Source of the DNA: Longimicrobiales bacterium
GTDB lineage: Bacteria; Gemmatimonadota; Gemmatimonadetes; Longimicrobiales; Gaopeijiaceae
DNA: 64,000 nt
NCBI GenBank assembly: GCA_965226375.1
Contig: CBDDCX010000007.1
Span: 256,001 to 320,000 of the forward strand
Reading direction: 5' to 3'
Shown: piece after piece, positions 10,246 to 19,026 of the stretch
How positions within the stretch are numbered: the first letter of the stretch is position 1
Layout of the letters: each line of letters starts with the position of its first letter
Position numbers and translations under genes: made by a program
The notes under the pieces: generated by a model
What the model saw: only the letters and a program-made list of their open reading frames with translations
Told to the model about the DNA's origin: nothing
Databases searched by the model: none

Positions 10246-13200
10246 ATGGCGTCCTGGATCAAGTCGCTCTTCGGCGGCAACGAAGAGCTTAGCGAGCTCA
10301 CGGAGCTTCCCGAGGATCTCCAGAAGATATTCGTGCAGGCCAAGAGAGACCGAAAAGCGCTCAGGGACCTTCTCAAGCGGTCGGAGAAGGCGCAGCAGGT
10401 GCTCCAGGACGTCTCGGCACCGCTGGCGGCTGTGCAGGCCAGTGCGGAGTCCATGACCCTGCAGATGAACGAGCTCCAGGCGCGGGTCGACTCGTTTACG
10501 GACGTCTCGGAGCAGGTGGACTCCGTCGAACAGCGCGCCATGGCACTCACCGAGTCGCAGAGCAAGGCGTCTACCACGCTGGACGACGCATCGAAGAGGG
10601 TCAGCGACCTGAAGATGCAGGTTCGGGACATTCGCTCGATGGTGGATGAGATCGTCACGGCCCGTGACGACCTGACGGAGATGGCGGGCCCCTACGGCAC
10701 CGTCGCCACGCTCCTCAAGCGGGTGAACGTGCTTCGTGAAGAGCTTCAGCAGATGCAGGACCGGGGGGCGGTGCTGAAAGAAACGTCGGATAAGCTGGAT
10801 CTGGTCGAGGGGCAGATCACCGAGATCACCGATTCCCAGAAAGAGCTCGCCGATACCGTGACGCGGGGCACCAATTCGGCCAACCGACTCGAGGGACAGG
10901 TAACGGAGCTGCAGGTGCAGGTCGAGAAGGTGTCCGACGCCAGGGCAGTTATGTCAGAGCTGCTAGGCCCCAACGGAGGTCTTTCCATAGTTCAGAAGCA
11001 GTTCGGCAAGCTCAAAGACGAGCTCGCCCGCATCGAGGGCCGCACGCTCGATCTGGGGCAGCTTGAGGAGCGGGTCTCCGTGATCGGCCGACAGGCCGAC
11101 TCGGTGGAGGAGGACCAGCGCAAGGGGCTCGAAGTGATCCAGTCCTCCGCCCACGAGGTCAAGGATCTGGACGCCAGGGTCGCGGATCTCCATGAGGCGG
11201 TACAGTCGGTGTCGGTGGCCAGACAGGAGATTGCCGAGTTGGCCGGACCCAAGGGGGCGCTCGCCAAGCTTCGCACCCAGATGGAGGAGGCCAGGGCGCA
11301 GTTCTTGGACTACGGACAGGACGTCGCGCGGATCCGGGAAGATCAGTCCGACGCCCGGAGCTCGCAGGAAACCATCCTCTCCCGGTATGAAGAGTTCCGG
11401 ACCAAGATGGACGCCGTGGATCAGGGCGTGGAGCATGCCACCAATCGCGTGGCCAGCGTCGAGAACACGATGCAGGATCTCACCAGGGCCGAGGAGCTGG
11501 CGAGCCGCACGGAACGACAACTCAACGCATTGCGGGGTCTTTCCGATCACGTGAGCCAGAAGACCACCGCGCTGGAGCGCCAGCGCGAGGCCATCGATCG
11601 CACGGAAGCCCAAGCCCGTGCCCTCACGGACCTTCACTGGGAGCTGGAGTCGAAGCTCAAGGAGGCCAAGACGCAGGTCAAAGAGGTGAAGAAGGTCAAC
11701 GCGAGCGTCGAATCGCTTCGGACTCTGCACGCGCAGGTGGCTGAACAGTCGGATGAGCTACGGGCGGGACAGGCGAAGATCCGGACCGAAGACCAGGCCT
11801 TGCGAGCTTCCCTGTCCGGGCTGCAGGAAGAGGTACGACGCAGTACGCAGAGTTACGAGCTCGGGCAGGCCAACCTCGAGGCCATCGATCATCGGATCAC
11901 GGATCTACGCGAGGGCGTGACCGAGTTCGAGAATCGTTTCCGCGCTCTCGACGAGGCGAGCCAGCGCGTAAGTGAGGCCACCCGTCGGGGTGATCACCTG
12001 TCCGGTCGCCTGACATCTCTGTCGGCCCGGCTCGATCAACTCGGTGAGCAGGTGGAGTCGGTCGCCGGGATGAGCGAAGGCATGACCAGGGCGGAGGAGG
12101 CGGCGGTGGAGGCGGCCAGTCGTCTCGAGCGTATCGAGGCGCGTCAGTCCGAGGTGCAGGACGCCGTGCGCGATCTCACCACCCTGAGAGGCTCCCGCGA
12201 AGAGGTGATCAATGCCCTCGAGCGGCTCAGGGCCACGCGGTCGGAGATCGAACGCATGCAGACCGGGCAGCTGGAGACCGGCGCGTGGCTTGCGAGCGCG
12301 CAGGAGTCCATCGTCGAGCTCCGAGAGAGGATATCCCAGCTCGATGACCTGACGGCCAACGTGGATCACATGCGCAGGAACGCCGATCGTGTGATCGCGG
12401 TCGCGTATCAACTGGAGCAACGCGAGCCGTCGCTCACAGAGCTGGACGACCGCATGTCGGAGTTGCGGGCCATCGGCACGCAACTCGACGAACGCACGAG
12501 CAACCTGCTCGCCGGCCTCGCCGACGCCGACCGCCGCTTCGAGGCCGTGGCCACCCGGGCCGCGGCGGCCGACCAGGTGCGTGACGTGATCGACGAGGTG
12601 ATGGCCGCCGTGCGAAAGGCCGAGAACCGGATGGAGGAGCTCGGAGAGGGTGTCGACACAGCGGTGGAGAGAGCCGAGTACATCAAGTCCCTGTCCGAAC
12701 GCGTGGATCGTGTGGCCGGCGACATCGCACAGCGTCAGCAGGCTCTCGACAAGGCCATGGAGCATCTCGATCGAGTCGCCACGCTGCGCCAGGAGGCAGG
12801 AACGGTCGTTCAGTCGCTCGAAGACCAGCTGCGTTCCGTCACAGAGCACCTTGCGCAGGCCGAGGAGCAGTCCGCCAAGGTTGGAAGCCGTGCCGAACTC
12901 CTGGAAGCGCGGGCCGGCAGCCTGCGTTTTGCGGAGAAACGCATCAGGCAGTTTGAGGACAAGCTCGCCGATCTCGACAAGGTCGAGCAGGAACTCGACC
13001 GCTCCATCGACACGTTGGTGGCCAGGCAGGGCAGCATCGACCAGGTGCGCGACGAGGTCCAGGAGCTCTTCGCCCGGGCGGAGAGCACGCTCAAGGACGT
13101 GCGAGCCATTTCCGCGGCCACCGACGAGGTGCAGACCGCCAGCGACAACCTCGCGGCCATCCGGGCCAAGGCCGAAGAGATGACCGAGGTGCTCGCGACC

Positions 13201-13473
13201 ATAGACAAGCGGCAGGAGCAGATCGAGCACGCCGAAGGGCGTCTCGCTCGTGCCGACGGCCTGCTCATGGACATCCGAGCGGGACTCGAGTCGCTGCGCA
13301 GTCAGAAGGCCGTCGTAGACCATGTCATTTCGACGTCCGGACAGCTCACCTACGAGGCCAAGGAGGCCGAGCGGCTGCTCGTGCAGCTACGCCAGGAGCG
13401 GGACCTGACTCAGGGCATCCACGATGCACTGAGGGAGATGCGCGACGAGGACTCAGAGGCCAGGGCGGGCTAG
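10246..13473 (+). CDS. Large coiled-coil protein of unknown function
   Basis: 1075 aa with E/L/A/R/Q-rich heptads, GAGG RBS, no Walker motif or TM segment. Confidence 0.85.
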   Translation: MASWIKSLFGGNEELSELTELPEDLQKIFVQAKRDRKALRDLLKRSEKAQQVLQDVSAPLAAVQASAESMTLQMNELQARVDSFTDVSEQVDSVEQRAMALTESQSKASTTLDDASKRVSDLKMQVRDIRSMVDEIVTARDDLTEMAGPYGTVATLLKRVNVLREELQQMQDRGAVLKETSDKLDLVEGQITEITDSQKELADTVTRGTNSANRLEGQVTELQVQVEKVSDARAVMSELLGPNGGLSIVQKQFGKLKDELARIEGRTLDLGQLEERVSVIGRQADSVEEDQRKGLEVIQSSAHEVKDLDARVADLHEAVQSVSVARQEIAELAGPKGALAKLRTQMEEARAQFLDYGQDVARIREDQSDARSSQETILSRYEEFRTKMDAVDQGVEHATNRVASVENTMQDLTRAEELASRTERQLNALRGLSDHVSQKTTALERQREAIDRTEAQARALTDLHWELESKLKEAKTQVKEVKKVNASVESLRTLHAQVAEQSDELRAGQAKIRTEDQALRASLSGLQEEVRRSTQSYELGQANLEAIDHRITDLREGVTEFENRFRALDEASQRVSEATRRGDHLSGRLTSLSARLDQLGEQVESVAGMSEGMTRAEEAAVEAASRLERIEARQSEVQDAVRDLTTLRGSREEVINALERLRATRSEIERMQTGQLETGAWLASAQESIVELRERISQLDDLTANVDHMRRNADRVIAVAYQLEQREPSLTELDDRMSELRAIGTQLDERTSNLLAGLADADRRFEAVATRAAAADQVRDVIDEVMAAVRKAENRMEELGEGVDTAVERAEYIKSLSERVDRVAGDIAQRQQALDKAMEHLDRVATLRQEAGTVVQSLEDQLRSVTEHLAQAEEQSAKVGSRAELLEARAGSLRFAEKRIRQFEDKLADLDKVEQELDRSIDTLVARQGSIDQVRDEVQELFARAESTLKDVRAISAATDEVQTASDNLAAIRAKAEEMTEVLATIDKRQEQIEHAEGRLARADGLLMDIRAGLESLRSQKAVVDHVISTSGQLTYEAKEAERLLVQLRQERDLTQGIHDALREMRDEDSEARAG

Positions 13474-13527
13474 AGGGCCACTGAAGCGGGTACGGAGGGT
13501 CGCTTTACGCGGCCGTAAATGGCCGCG

Positions 13528-14223
13528 TTAGGCGTCCACGACGGACAGCTGGGTGGCTCGCTCCAGGGCCGCGGTCAGAGCGGCGTTGATGGCGTCCGAA
13601 GCGAAGCCGCGCCGACTCAGGAAGGCGTGCAGACGGCGTCGACCCCGTTCGCGTTCCGGAGAGCGGTCGTTTGTCGCGAGCGCTTCGGCCACCGTGGGGT
13701 TCTGACGCTCCACCCACTTCTCCGCTACCTCCACGGCGAGCCTGTGCTCCGACGTTTCTTCTTCTGAGAATGCATCTTCGATGGCCTTGTCAGCGACTTC
13801 GCCGGGCACACCCTTCTGTCTGAGCTCCTGCATCAAGCGGAATCGTCCCCGCGGACGAAGCCGGATGCGGCTCCTCGCGAAGGCCGAAGCGAAGGCCTGA
13901 TCGTCCAGGAACCCTTGCTCCCGGAGGAGGTGGATACACCACTCGACCAGGGCAGGGGGGAAGTCCTTCTTGCGAAGCCGGGTGCGGAGCTCCTGTTCGG
14001 CTCGCGGCCGATAGGAGAGGAGATGTAAAGCCGCCTGGCGAACGCGCCACTTGGTGTCGTCCTCCTTGAGGCGGACGAGATCTGTGGGCTGGATCTCGGT
14101 GCCCACATGGATCCCGGAGCGATCCATGACGTCCAGGGCGATCTCGAGCGGCTCATGACCCTCGATGTGTACCAGAACCCGGTCTCTCTTCCGCGGGGCG
14201 AGATGGATCCGGAGGATCTTCAC
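13528..14223 (-). CDS. recX: Regulatory protein RecX
   Basis: ALHLLSYRPRAEQELRTRL, GFLDDQAFA, LRQKGV, FLSRRGF. Confidence 0.92.
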   Translation of the reverse strand: MKILRIHLAPRKRDRVLVHIEGHEPLEIALDVMDRSGIHVGTEIQPTDLVRLKEDDTKWRVRQAALHLLSYRPRAEQELRTRLRKKDFPPALVEWCIHLLREQGFLDDQAFASAFARSRIRLRPRGRFRLMQELRQKGVPGEVADKAIEDAFSEEETSEHRLAVEVAEKWVERQNPTVAEALATNDRSPERERGRRRLHAFLSRRGFASDAINAALTAALERATQLSVVDA

Positions 14224-14262
14224 ACCGTCATTGTAGAACCGTCACTGTAGAACCGTCATTGT
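14224..14262. repeat. 14 bp tandem repeat, ~2.8 copies (ACCGTCAYTGTAGA)
   Basis: accgtcattgtaga accgtcactgtaga accgtcattgt, read directly. Confidence 0.9.
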
Positions 14263-14564
14263 CCGTACCATCCTCCGGCCACGAGGTCCCGGAAGAGAAT
14301 GATTGGACGCCCGTCTTCCAAAACGAGGGCGAAGTACTCCCTGGAGATGGGAGTGCGCCACCACTCGTCGTCGATTCTCCAGCGCTCCCGTACCGCCACC
14401 ACCCGAAACCGCTTACCGCGTCGGTGCAGTTCGGCGGGTAACCCCTCTTCGTCGGTACGCACCTGAACGGGAGAAGGGGATTTCAACGGGCGAAGCCTCT
14501 GCCGTTGAAGCCTGCTCGGTCGCCCGTTGGAGGCGTCGTTGGATGATGGAGTCGGAGGGCTCAT
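14256..14564 (-). CDS. Small DUF6504-like / ImuB C-terminal-like protein
   Basis: ERWRIDDEWW...REYF...LFRDL...WY pattern typical of small proteins in SOS mutagenesis cassettes. Confidence 0.75.
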   Translation of the reverse strand: MSPPTPSSNDASNGRPSRLQRQRLRPLKSPSPVQVRTDEEGLPAELHRRGKRFRVVAVRERWRIDDEWWRTPISREYFALVLEDGRPIILFRDLVAGGWYGQ

Positions 14565-14585
14565 CACCTTCTCGGTGTCACGGTT

Positions 14586-14614
14586 ATTATGGAAACCGAA
14601 TATAACCCGAAAGT
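14586..14614 (-). promoter_or_regulatory. Putative SOS operator (TTCGG-N6-TTCGG) next to a CATAAT -10 box
   Basis: 14595-14614 is 18/20 identical to 26792-26811 upstream of imuB. Confidence 0.6.
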
Positions 14615-14676
14615 GTGGGCGATGCAATTCATCAATGGGATGACTTCGACCTCCCGTGGTCATCCAGCCGGCCTCT

Positions 14677-15252
14677 TTATTCCCCGGATCGTTCTTCGCC
14701 CAGCAGCCGCGCAGTCTCGACCTGGCCAAGGCGTTCGAAGAACCGGTCGCCGAACGCCCGTAGCGTCTCGTTGTCCGGAAAGGCCGAGGACGGAATGGTC
14801 AGGAAGGAGTTGGCGCCCGAGTAGATGAGGAACGCCCCGTCCGACTCCTTGATGTCCTCGATGGCGCTCCACTTCACGAGCCATTCGTAGCCGGTGGTGG
14901 AGTCCAGGATGCCATCGTCCCGCAGCTCCACGCGATGAGGCCCGAAGATACCGTTGATGAGGCCGAGCTCGGCGACCTTTTTGATCTGGCGCTTCTGCGA
15001 ATGGCGAACGAGAGGCTTCAGCGCACCGACCAGGAGCGCGCCGGTGAACGCCATGACGAGGGCCCCCACGACCGATGCGCCGCCGATGAACAGGAGCAGA
15101 CTCATGAGCCCGACGATCACGGCGAACAGGGCCTGCATCTGCGTAAGTGCCTTCTTGGTCAGCTCCGAGTTCCAGGAGTGTGTGGCGTTGGCTGTAGCCC
15201 AGTCTTCAGGTGTGAACTCGAACTCGACCGTGATTGGGCCCGACTCTGGCAA
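14677..15252 (-). CDS. YcxB-like membrane protein (possible cassette gene)
   Basis: Two TM helices followed by a W-x-x-I...FLIY...IPSSAF YcxB-like C-terminus. Confidence 0.75.
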   Translation of the reverse strand: MPESGPITVEFEFTPEDWATANATHSWNSELTKKALTQMQALFAVIVGLMSLLLFIGGASVVGALVMAFTGALLVGALKPLVRHSQKRQIKKVAELGLINGIFGPHRVELRDDGILDSTTGYEWLVKWSAIEDIKESDGAFLIYSGANSFLTIPSSAFPDNETLRAFGDRFFERLGQVETARLLGEERSGE

Positions 15253-15331
15253 TTCCGGCCTCCCGACGGATGTGGGCCGACTGTCATGTGCTCTTGATAC
15301 TCAATTTACATGTGGGGCGGGTGGGTTGCGA

Positions 15332-15461
15332 TGATAACGGGGTCGCATGCTGAAGACACGGGGCGCCGCACGAGACTACGTATGATCTCGTTCCGACATA
15401 CGTATGCACGGAGTGAGTGATGTCTTAGCGCATCCCGCGACCCTTGCGTGTCCCGTTGCCC
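15332..15461. repeat. attC-like imperfect hairpin
   Basis: TAACGGGGTCGCATGCTGAAGACA pairs imperfectly with TGTCTTAGCGCATCCCGCGACCC...CCCGTTG. Confidence 0.5.
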
Positions 15462-15510
15462 CTGAGCAAGGTTCGCTGGCTCTTCCGAGGGGAAAGATTA
15501 ATGAGCAAAG

Positions 15511-16039
15511 GGGGTATTCCCCGCACTCCAGCCTCCACGCCCCCGACATAGCTCTCGTCCACTTGCACAACGCCGCTCAGCTGGTCGCGATCCGGTCGGA
15601 CCATGGCCCGGCGGAGCTTGTGGAGCCAGACCCACGCTGTCTTGTAGCTTCCCAGTCCGAGCACGCGCTGGAGCCCGAGAGCATTGGCTCCGTATTTCTG
15701 GCTCGTGAGCTCCCAGGCAGCGAGAAACCACAGACGCAGGGGCGAGCGCGTGCGGTGGAACACGGTTCCCGCCAGCACCGAGGTCTGCCTTCGACAGTGT
15801 GGGCAGACGAGACGCCCCCGCGATGCTCGCCAGACCTCTCCCAACCCGCCACAGCCCACGCACACAAACCCTTCCGGCCAGCGCAGACCCTCCACGTACT
15901 CCAGGCATGCCGCATCGTCGGGGAAGAACTCGTCCAGCTCCAGCCGCGTACGGGGATAGTCCACGCCGCCACGGAGCTGAGAAGCCGGAACCGCCATGAC
16001 CACAACATGTAGTGGGCGGTGGACTTAAGGCAATACCCC
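15511..16039 (-). mobile_element. Internally deleted IS1595-family (ISXO2-like) element
   Basis: Transposase N-terminus (RWPEGFVCxxC, CxxC Zn ribbon, YKTAWxWLHKLRRAM, VDESYVGG) truncated after GVRG. Ends are GGGGTATTCC / GCAATACCCC (9/10 inverted). No TSD seen. Confidence 0.8.
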
Positions 16040-16227
16040 ATATACCTCATACGTTCACGGCGCGGCGTCCGCAGATCTGGATTGTGACGGAGACATCGTC
16101 CGTTCGGTGTGAGCCGCCGCTGGCGGAATCCCGTGGCCACGCCTTCCTAACACAACTTGAAAGCACGCCCCCTGTGGGTACCGTGGAGTTGCGAAACGAC
16201 CATGGACCACAGCAGAGGGCGGCTCTC

Positions 16228-17319
16228 ATGAAGCGGAACACCAAGTATGTGGGACTCGACGTGCACCAGGCAATGACGGTGGCGACGGTTCGGGGCCAAG
16301 GGGGACGAGTGATCGCGCGCAGCGTGATCGAGACGGGGGACGCATCGATCACGGAGTTCTTCAGCGCGATGCGCGGGTCGGTGCACGTAGTGTTCGAAGA
16401 GGGAACCCAGGCGCAGTGGCTCTACGACCTACTGAGTCCTCGTGTGGATCGGGTGATCGTATGCGATCGCAGAGGCGAAAAGCGTTCGGGCAACAAGGGG
16501 GACCAGGTCGATGCCGACGAGCTGTCGGAGCGGTTGCGGTGTGGCGGGCTGCGCGCGGTATACCACGGCGCACACGGCCGATCTGATCTCAAGGAGCTGA
16601 CTCGAGCCTATCGCAACCTCGTCGAAGACGGCACGCGCGTGATGCTGCGGCTCAAGGCACTCTTCCGTGCGCGGGCGATCCGAACCACGGGCGGCGGAGT
16701 CTACCAGCCGAAGCAGCGCGGCGCCTGGCTCGCGCAGCTACCGGAGGGAGGAGCTCGTCTACGAGCCGAGACCCTGTACGCTCAGCTCGATGTGCTTCGG
16801 GCTCAGCGCAAGAAGACCAAGGCGGCCATGGTCGCCGAGGCGAAGCGTGATCCGGCCTTCGGGGTGCTCGAGACGATCCCCTACTTTGGGCCCGTGCGTA
16901 TCGCACTGTTGCTAGCAACCATGGGTACGCCGTGGCGCTTCCGCACGAAGCGCAACCTGTGGGCCTATGCCGGACTCGCCGTGGTCACGCGCTCGAGCTC
17001 CGACTACGAGTTGTTCGATGGGCGTCCTCGCCGGCGGCGGCGCCCTCCGCTCACTCGAGGGTTGAACCGCAACCACAATCGAGTCCTCAAGAATGTCTTC
17101 AAGGGCGCCGCCAACGTAGCCATTGGACGTCCGGGCCCATTCCTGGACTTCTATAACCGAATGCTCGAGCGCGGGATGCGCGAGGAGCTCGCCCGTGTGA
17201 CGCTGGCTCGCAAGCTCGCAGCGCTCACCCTTCGTCTACTCAAAACCGGAGAAGTCTTTGATCCGACGCAGCTGAGTCGACCCCAAACATTGAGGGGGGT
17301 TCATCGTCCTAGGGTGTAG
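16228..17319 (+). CDS. IS110-family DEDD recombinase/transposase
   Basis: YVGLDVH, FEEG, KGDQVDA, LETIPYFG, YAGLAVVTRSS, LARKL. Confidence 0.95.
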   Translation: MKRNTKYVGLDVHQAMTVATVRGQGGRVIARSVIETGDASITEFFSAMRGSVHVVFEEGTQAQWLYDLLSPRVDRVIVCDRRGEKRSGNKGDQVDADELSERLRCGGLRAVYHGAHGRSDLKELTRAYRNLVEDGTRVMLRLKALFRARAIRTTGGGVYQPKQRGAWLAQLPEGGARLRAETLYAQLDVLRAQRKKTKAAMVAEAKRDPAFGVLETIPYFGPVRIALLLATMGTPWRFRTKRNLWAYAGLAVVTRSSSDYELFDGRPRRRRRPPLTRGLNRNHNRVLKNVFKGAANVAIGRPGPFLDFYNRMLERGMREELARVTLARKLAALTLRLLKTGEVFDPTQLSRPQTLRGVHRPRV

Positions 17320-17720
17320 GGGTGCAGCGCATGACCTTCGATCCCTTGGAACGTCGAATCCCTGGACGACGGTGCGGGAGGCAGTCTCAAGCAAATCCGT
17401 ACGCCCGGCTCGCAGTCATGCCGAGGCACGATCCTAACTCCAGGCCCTTCCGCAGAACCCGAAGAAGTGTCAGGCCGGCCCCGAGGCTGAGTCTCAGATA
17501 GAACCATGGTTCGCGTCGTACGACCTAGGTCCACTCAATCAAGTCCAGACGGATCGACCATCCAAGTGAGGATCATCGTGGCCGACACGAAGACTGACTC
17601 ATCCAGCACACCACTCCCTGACGATCCGGTCATTCCAGCCAAGCGGAGGCTGAGTGCCAAGCCCAACACGGCTTCGCAGACAGCCGGGGCGGAGCCCGGC
17701 CTTGACACTCTCTTTCATAG
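17320..17720 (+). ncRNA. Putative bridge/seek RNA region of the IS1111-type element
   Basis: Non-coding end contains TCCTAAC (17432-38, equals the target left flank) and ATAGAAC (17498-504, equals the IS right end plus core). Confidence 0.55.
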
Positions 17721-17805
17721 AACCAATTTGCGATCCTGCTGCGCCCCGAGGATGCCAGATCGCGATAGCGCTACGCGAGTTTTCCGCAGCCATCGCTGGT
17801 TAGGG
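17721..17805 (-). repeat. attC-like site split by the IS110 element (other piece at 16145-16151)
   Basis: Rejoined CCTAACCAATTTGCGATCCTGCTGCG pairs with CGCAGCCATCGCTGGTTAGG, leaving extra-helical bases. Confidence 0.72.
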
Positions 17806-17836
17806 CGTAGACTCACGGGTCTGCGGTCGTGCTGGC

Positions 17837-18358
17837 TCAGGGCTCGTTACTGACTAGGAGGTCCGGCGCCGACGCATTTGATCCCGACTGCAGCTCCAAA
17901 GGGTTTCGCTTCGCCAGCGAAACGGTTGCGGCTGCCAACCCCGCGGTAACGGCCCCGTAGGAGGCAGCACCCGCAACAAGGGCAGTCAGCTGCAAGGCGA
18001 TAGGGATAGGGAGACCCAGTATACCTTCGGCCATCCTGACCGCGTCCGACAGGCTTGCGACCGCGATCGTACCCACTAGGGCCACGGCAGCCCCCACGAC
18101 GAAGCCCCACAATGCGGCTCGGTGGGCCGTCAAGTCATCGAGGGTTCGCCGTCCTTCCATCACTGACAGAAGACCGCCGAAACCCACACCGAGGACAAGC
18201 CCAGCGACCCCTGCTACGACACCGAGGCCCAGAGCCGAACTCAAGAACGAAGTCGTGGAGATCAAACCCCCGAGTGCCGTGCCAACGGCGCCAAGGGCGA
18301 TACCCCAGATGGTCCCGATCCCCAGGGCAGCTTTCAACTTCCTTGTCAGGTTTCCCAC
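17837..18358 (-). CDS. Hypothetical Gly/Ala-rich multi-TM membrane protein (cassette gene)
   Basis: Four hydrophobic segments, GGGAG RBS, ends ~30 bp before an attC-like site. Confidence 0.75.
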   Translation of the reverse strand: MGNLTRKLKAALGIGTIWGIALGAVGTALGGLISTTSFLSSALGLGVVAGVAGLVLGVGFGGLLSVMEGRRTLDDLTAHRAALWGFVVGAAVALVGTIAVASLSDAVRMAEGILGLPIPIALQLTALVAGAASYGAVTAGLAAATVSLAKRNPLELQSGSNASAPDLLVSNEP

Positions 18359-18419
18359 TGCTTCTCCCTACCGGCTAGCCTCTTCTACGCCCTAGCTAGT
18401 CGTTGTACTACGAAAACTC

Positions 18420-18456
18420 ATGTCCTATGACGCGCTCACTGACTCACGACGCGGAG
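18420..18456 (-). repeat. Degenerate attC-like arm
   Basis: ATGTCCTATGACGCGCTCACTGACTCACGACGCGGAG aligns with ATGTCCGATAACGGGCTCACGCGCTCCCGCGCGGAG at 20385; the core is mutated to GAC. Confidence 0.55.
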
Positions 18457-18660
18457 GTGGCGTAGCCACCGGAATGTCCGCGAAGCGGCCGAGCCGTTGC
18501 TCATCGTAAGATCCAAGCTGCCGTAGCGCGACATGCGCGGAGGGGCACTTCGGCGGAGGTGGTGGTGAGTACCGGCCTCATCCGACGGCGCAAGTTGCGT
18601 CCATTGGCGCCGACATCAAGGCGGCCTTGTCATAAAACAGATATCTGCCTATTAATTATC

Positions 18661-19026
18661 ATGCGTCGAAAACCGGGTGAGCTCATTCCGCTGGAAATAG
18701 AGATCCTTGAAGCCGCTGTGGCTCTCCAGCGGGAAGGCATCCCGGCCTTCCACGGTTATTCGCTCGCAAAGAGCATGAAGACCGACTCCGATCGCCGGAT
18801 GCTCACGGCCCACGGAACCCTATACCGCGCGCTTCATCGATTGCAGCGCGCAGATTTGCTCGAGGGGTTCTGGGAGGATCCTGTTGAGGCGGAGCAAGAA
18901 AGCCGCCCGCGCCGTCGTCTGTATCGGCTCACAGCGTTAGCGGTGGTCGCGCTCAGCCGCGCCCGAGCGCGGCAGCGCGCCAGCGGCGAACTACCTTCGC
19001 TAGAAGGTGGGCTGGAGGTTCCATGA
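18661..19026 (+). CDS. PadR-family transcriptional regulator
   Basis: HGYSLAK, GTLYRALHRL, RPRRRLYRLT. Upstream TTGTCA-N17-TATTAA with a CAGATATCTG palindrome. Confidence 0.88.
   Translation: MRRKPGELIPLEIEILEAAVALQREGIPAFHGYSLAKSMKTDSDRRMLTAHGTLYRALHRLQRADLLEGFWEDPVEAEQESRPRRRLYRLTALAVVALSRARARQRASGELPSLEGGLEVP

Larger units (their letters stand above)
16152..17723 (+). mobile_element. IS110-family, IS1111-type insertion sequence
   Basis: AAC core at both boundaries (16149-51, 17721-23), subterminal IRs TGAAAG/CTTTCA, long 3' non-coding region, TTGACA near the right end. Confidence 0.82.

Noticed and set aside
10246..13473. SMC/SbcC, chemoreceptor or tape-measure protein
   Set aside because: No Walker motifs, hinge or MCP hairpin signature, and no phage genes nearby.
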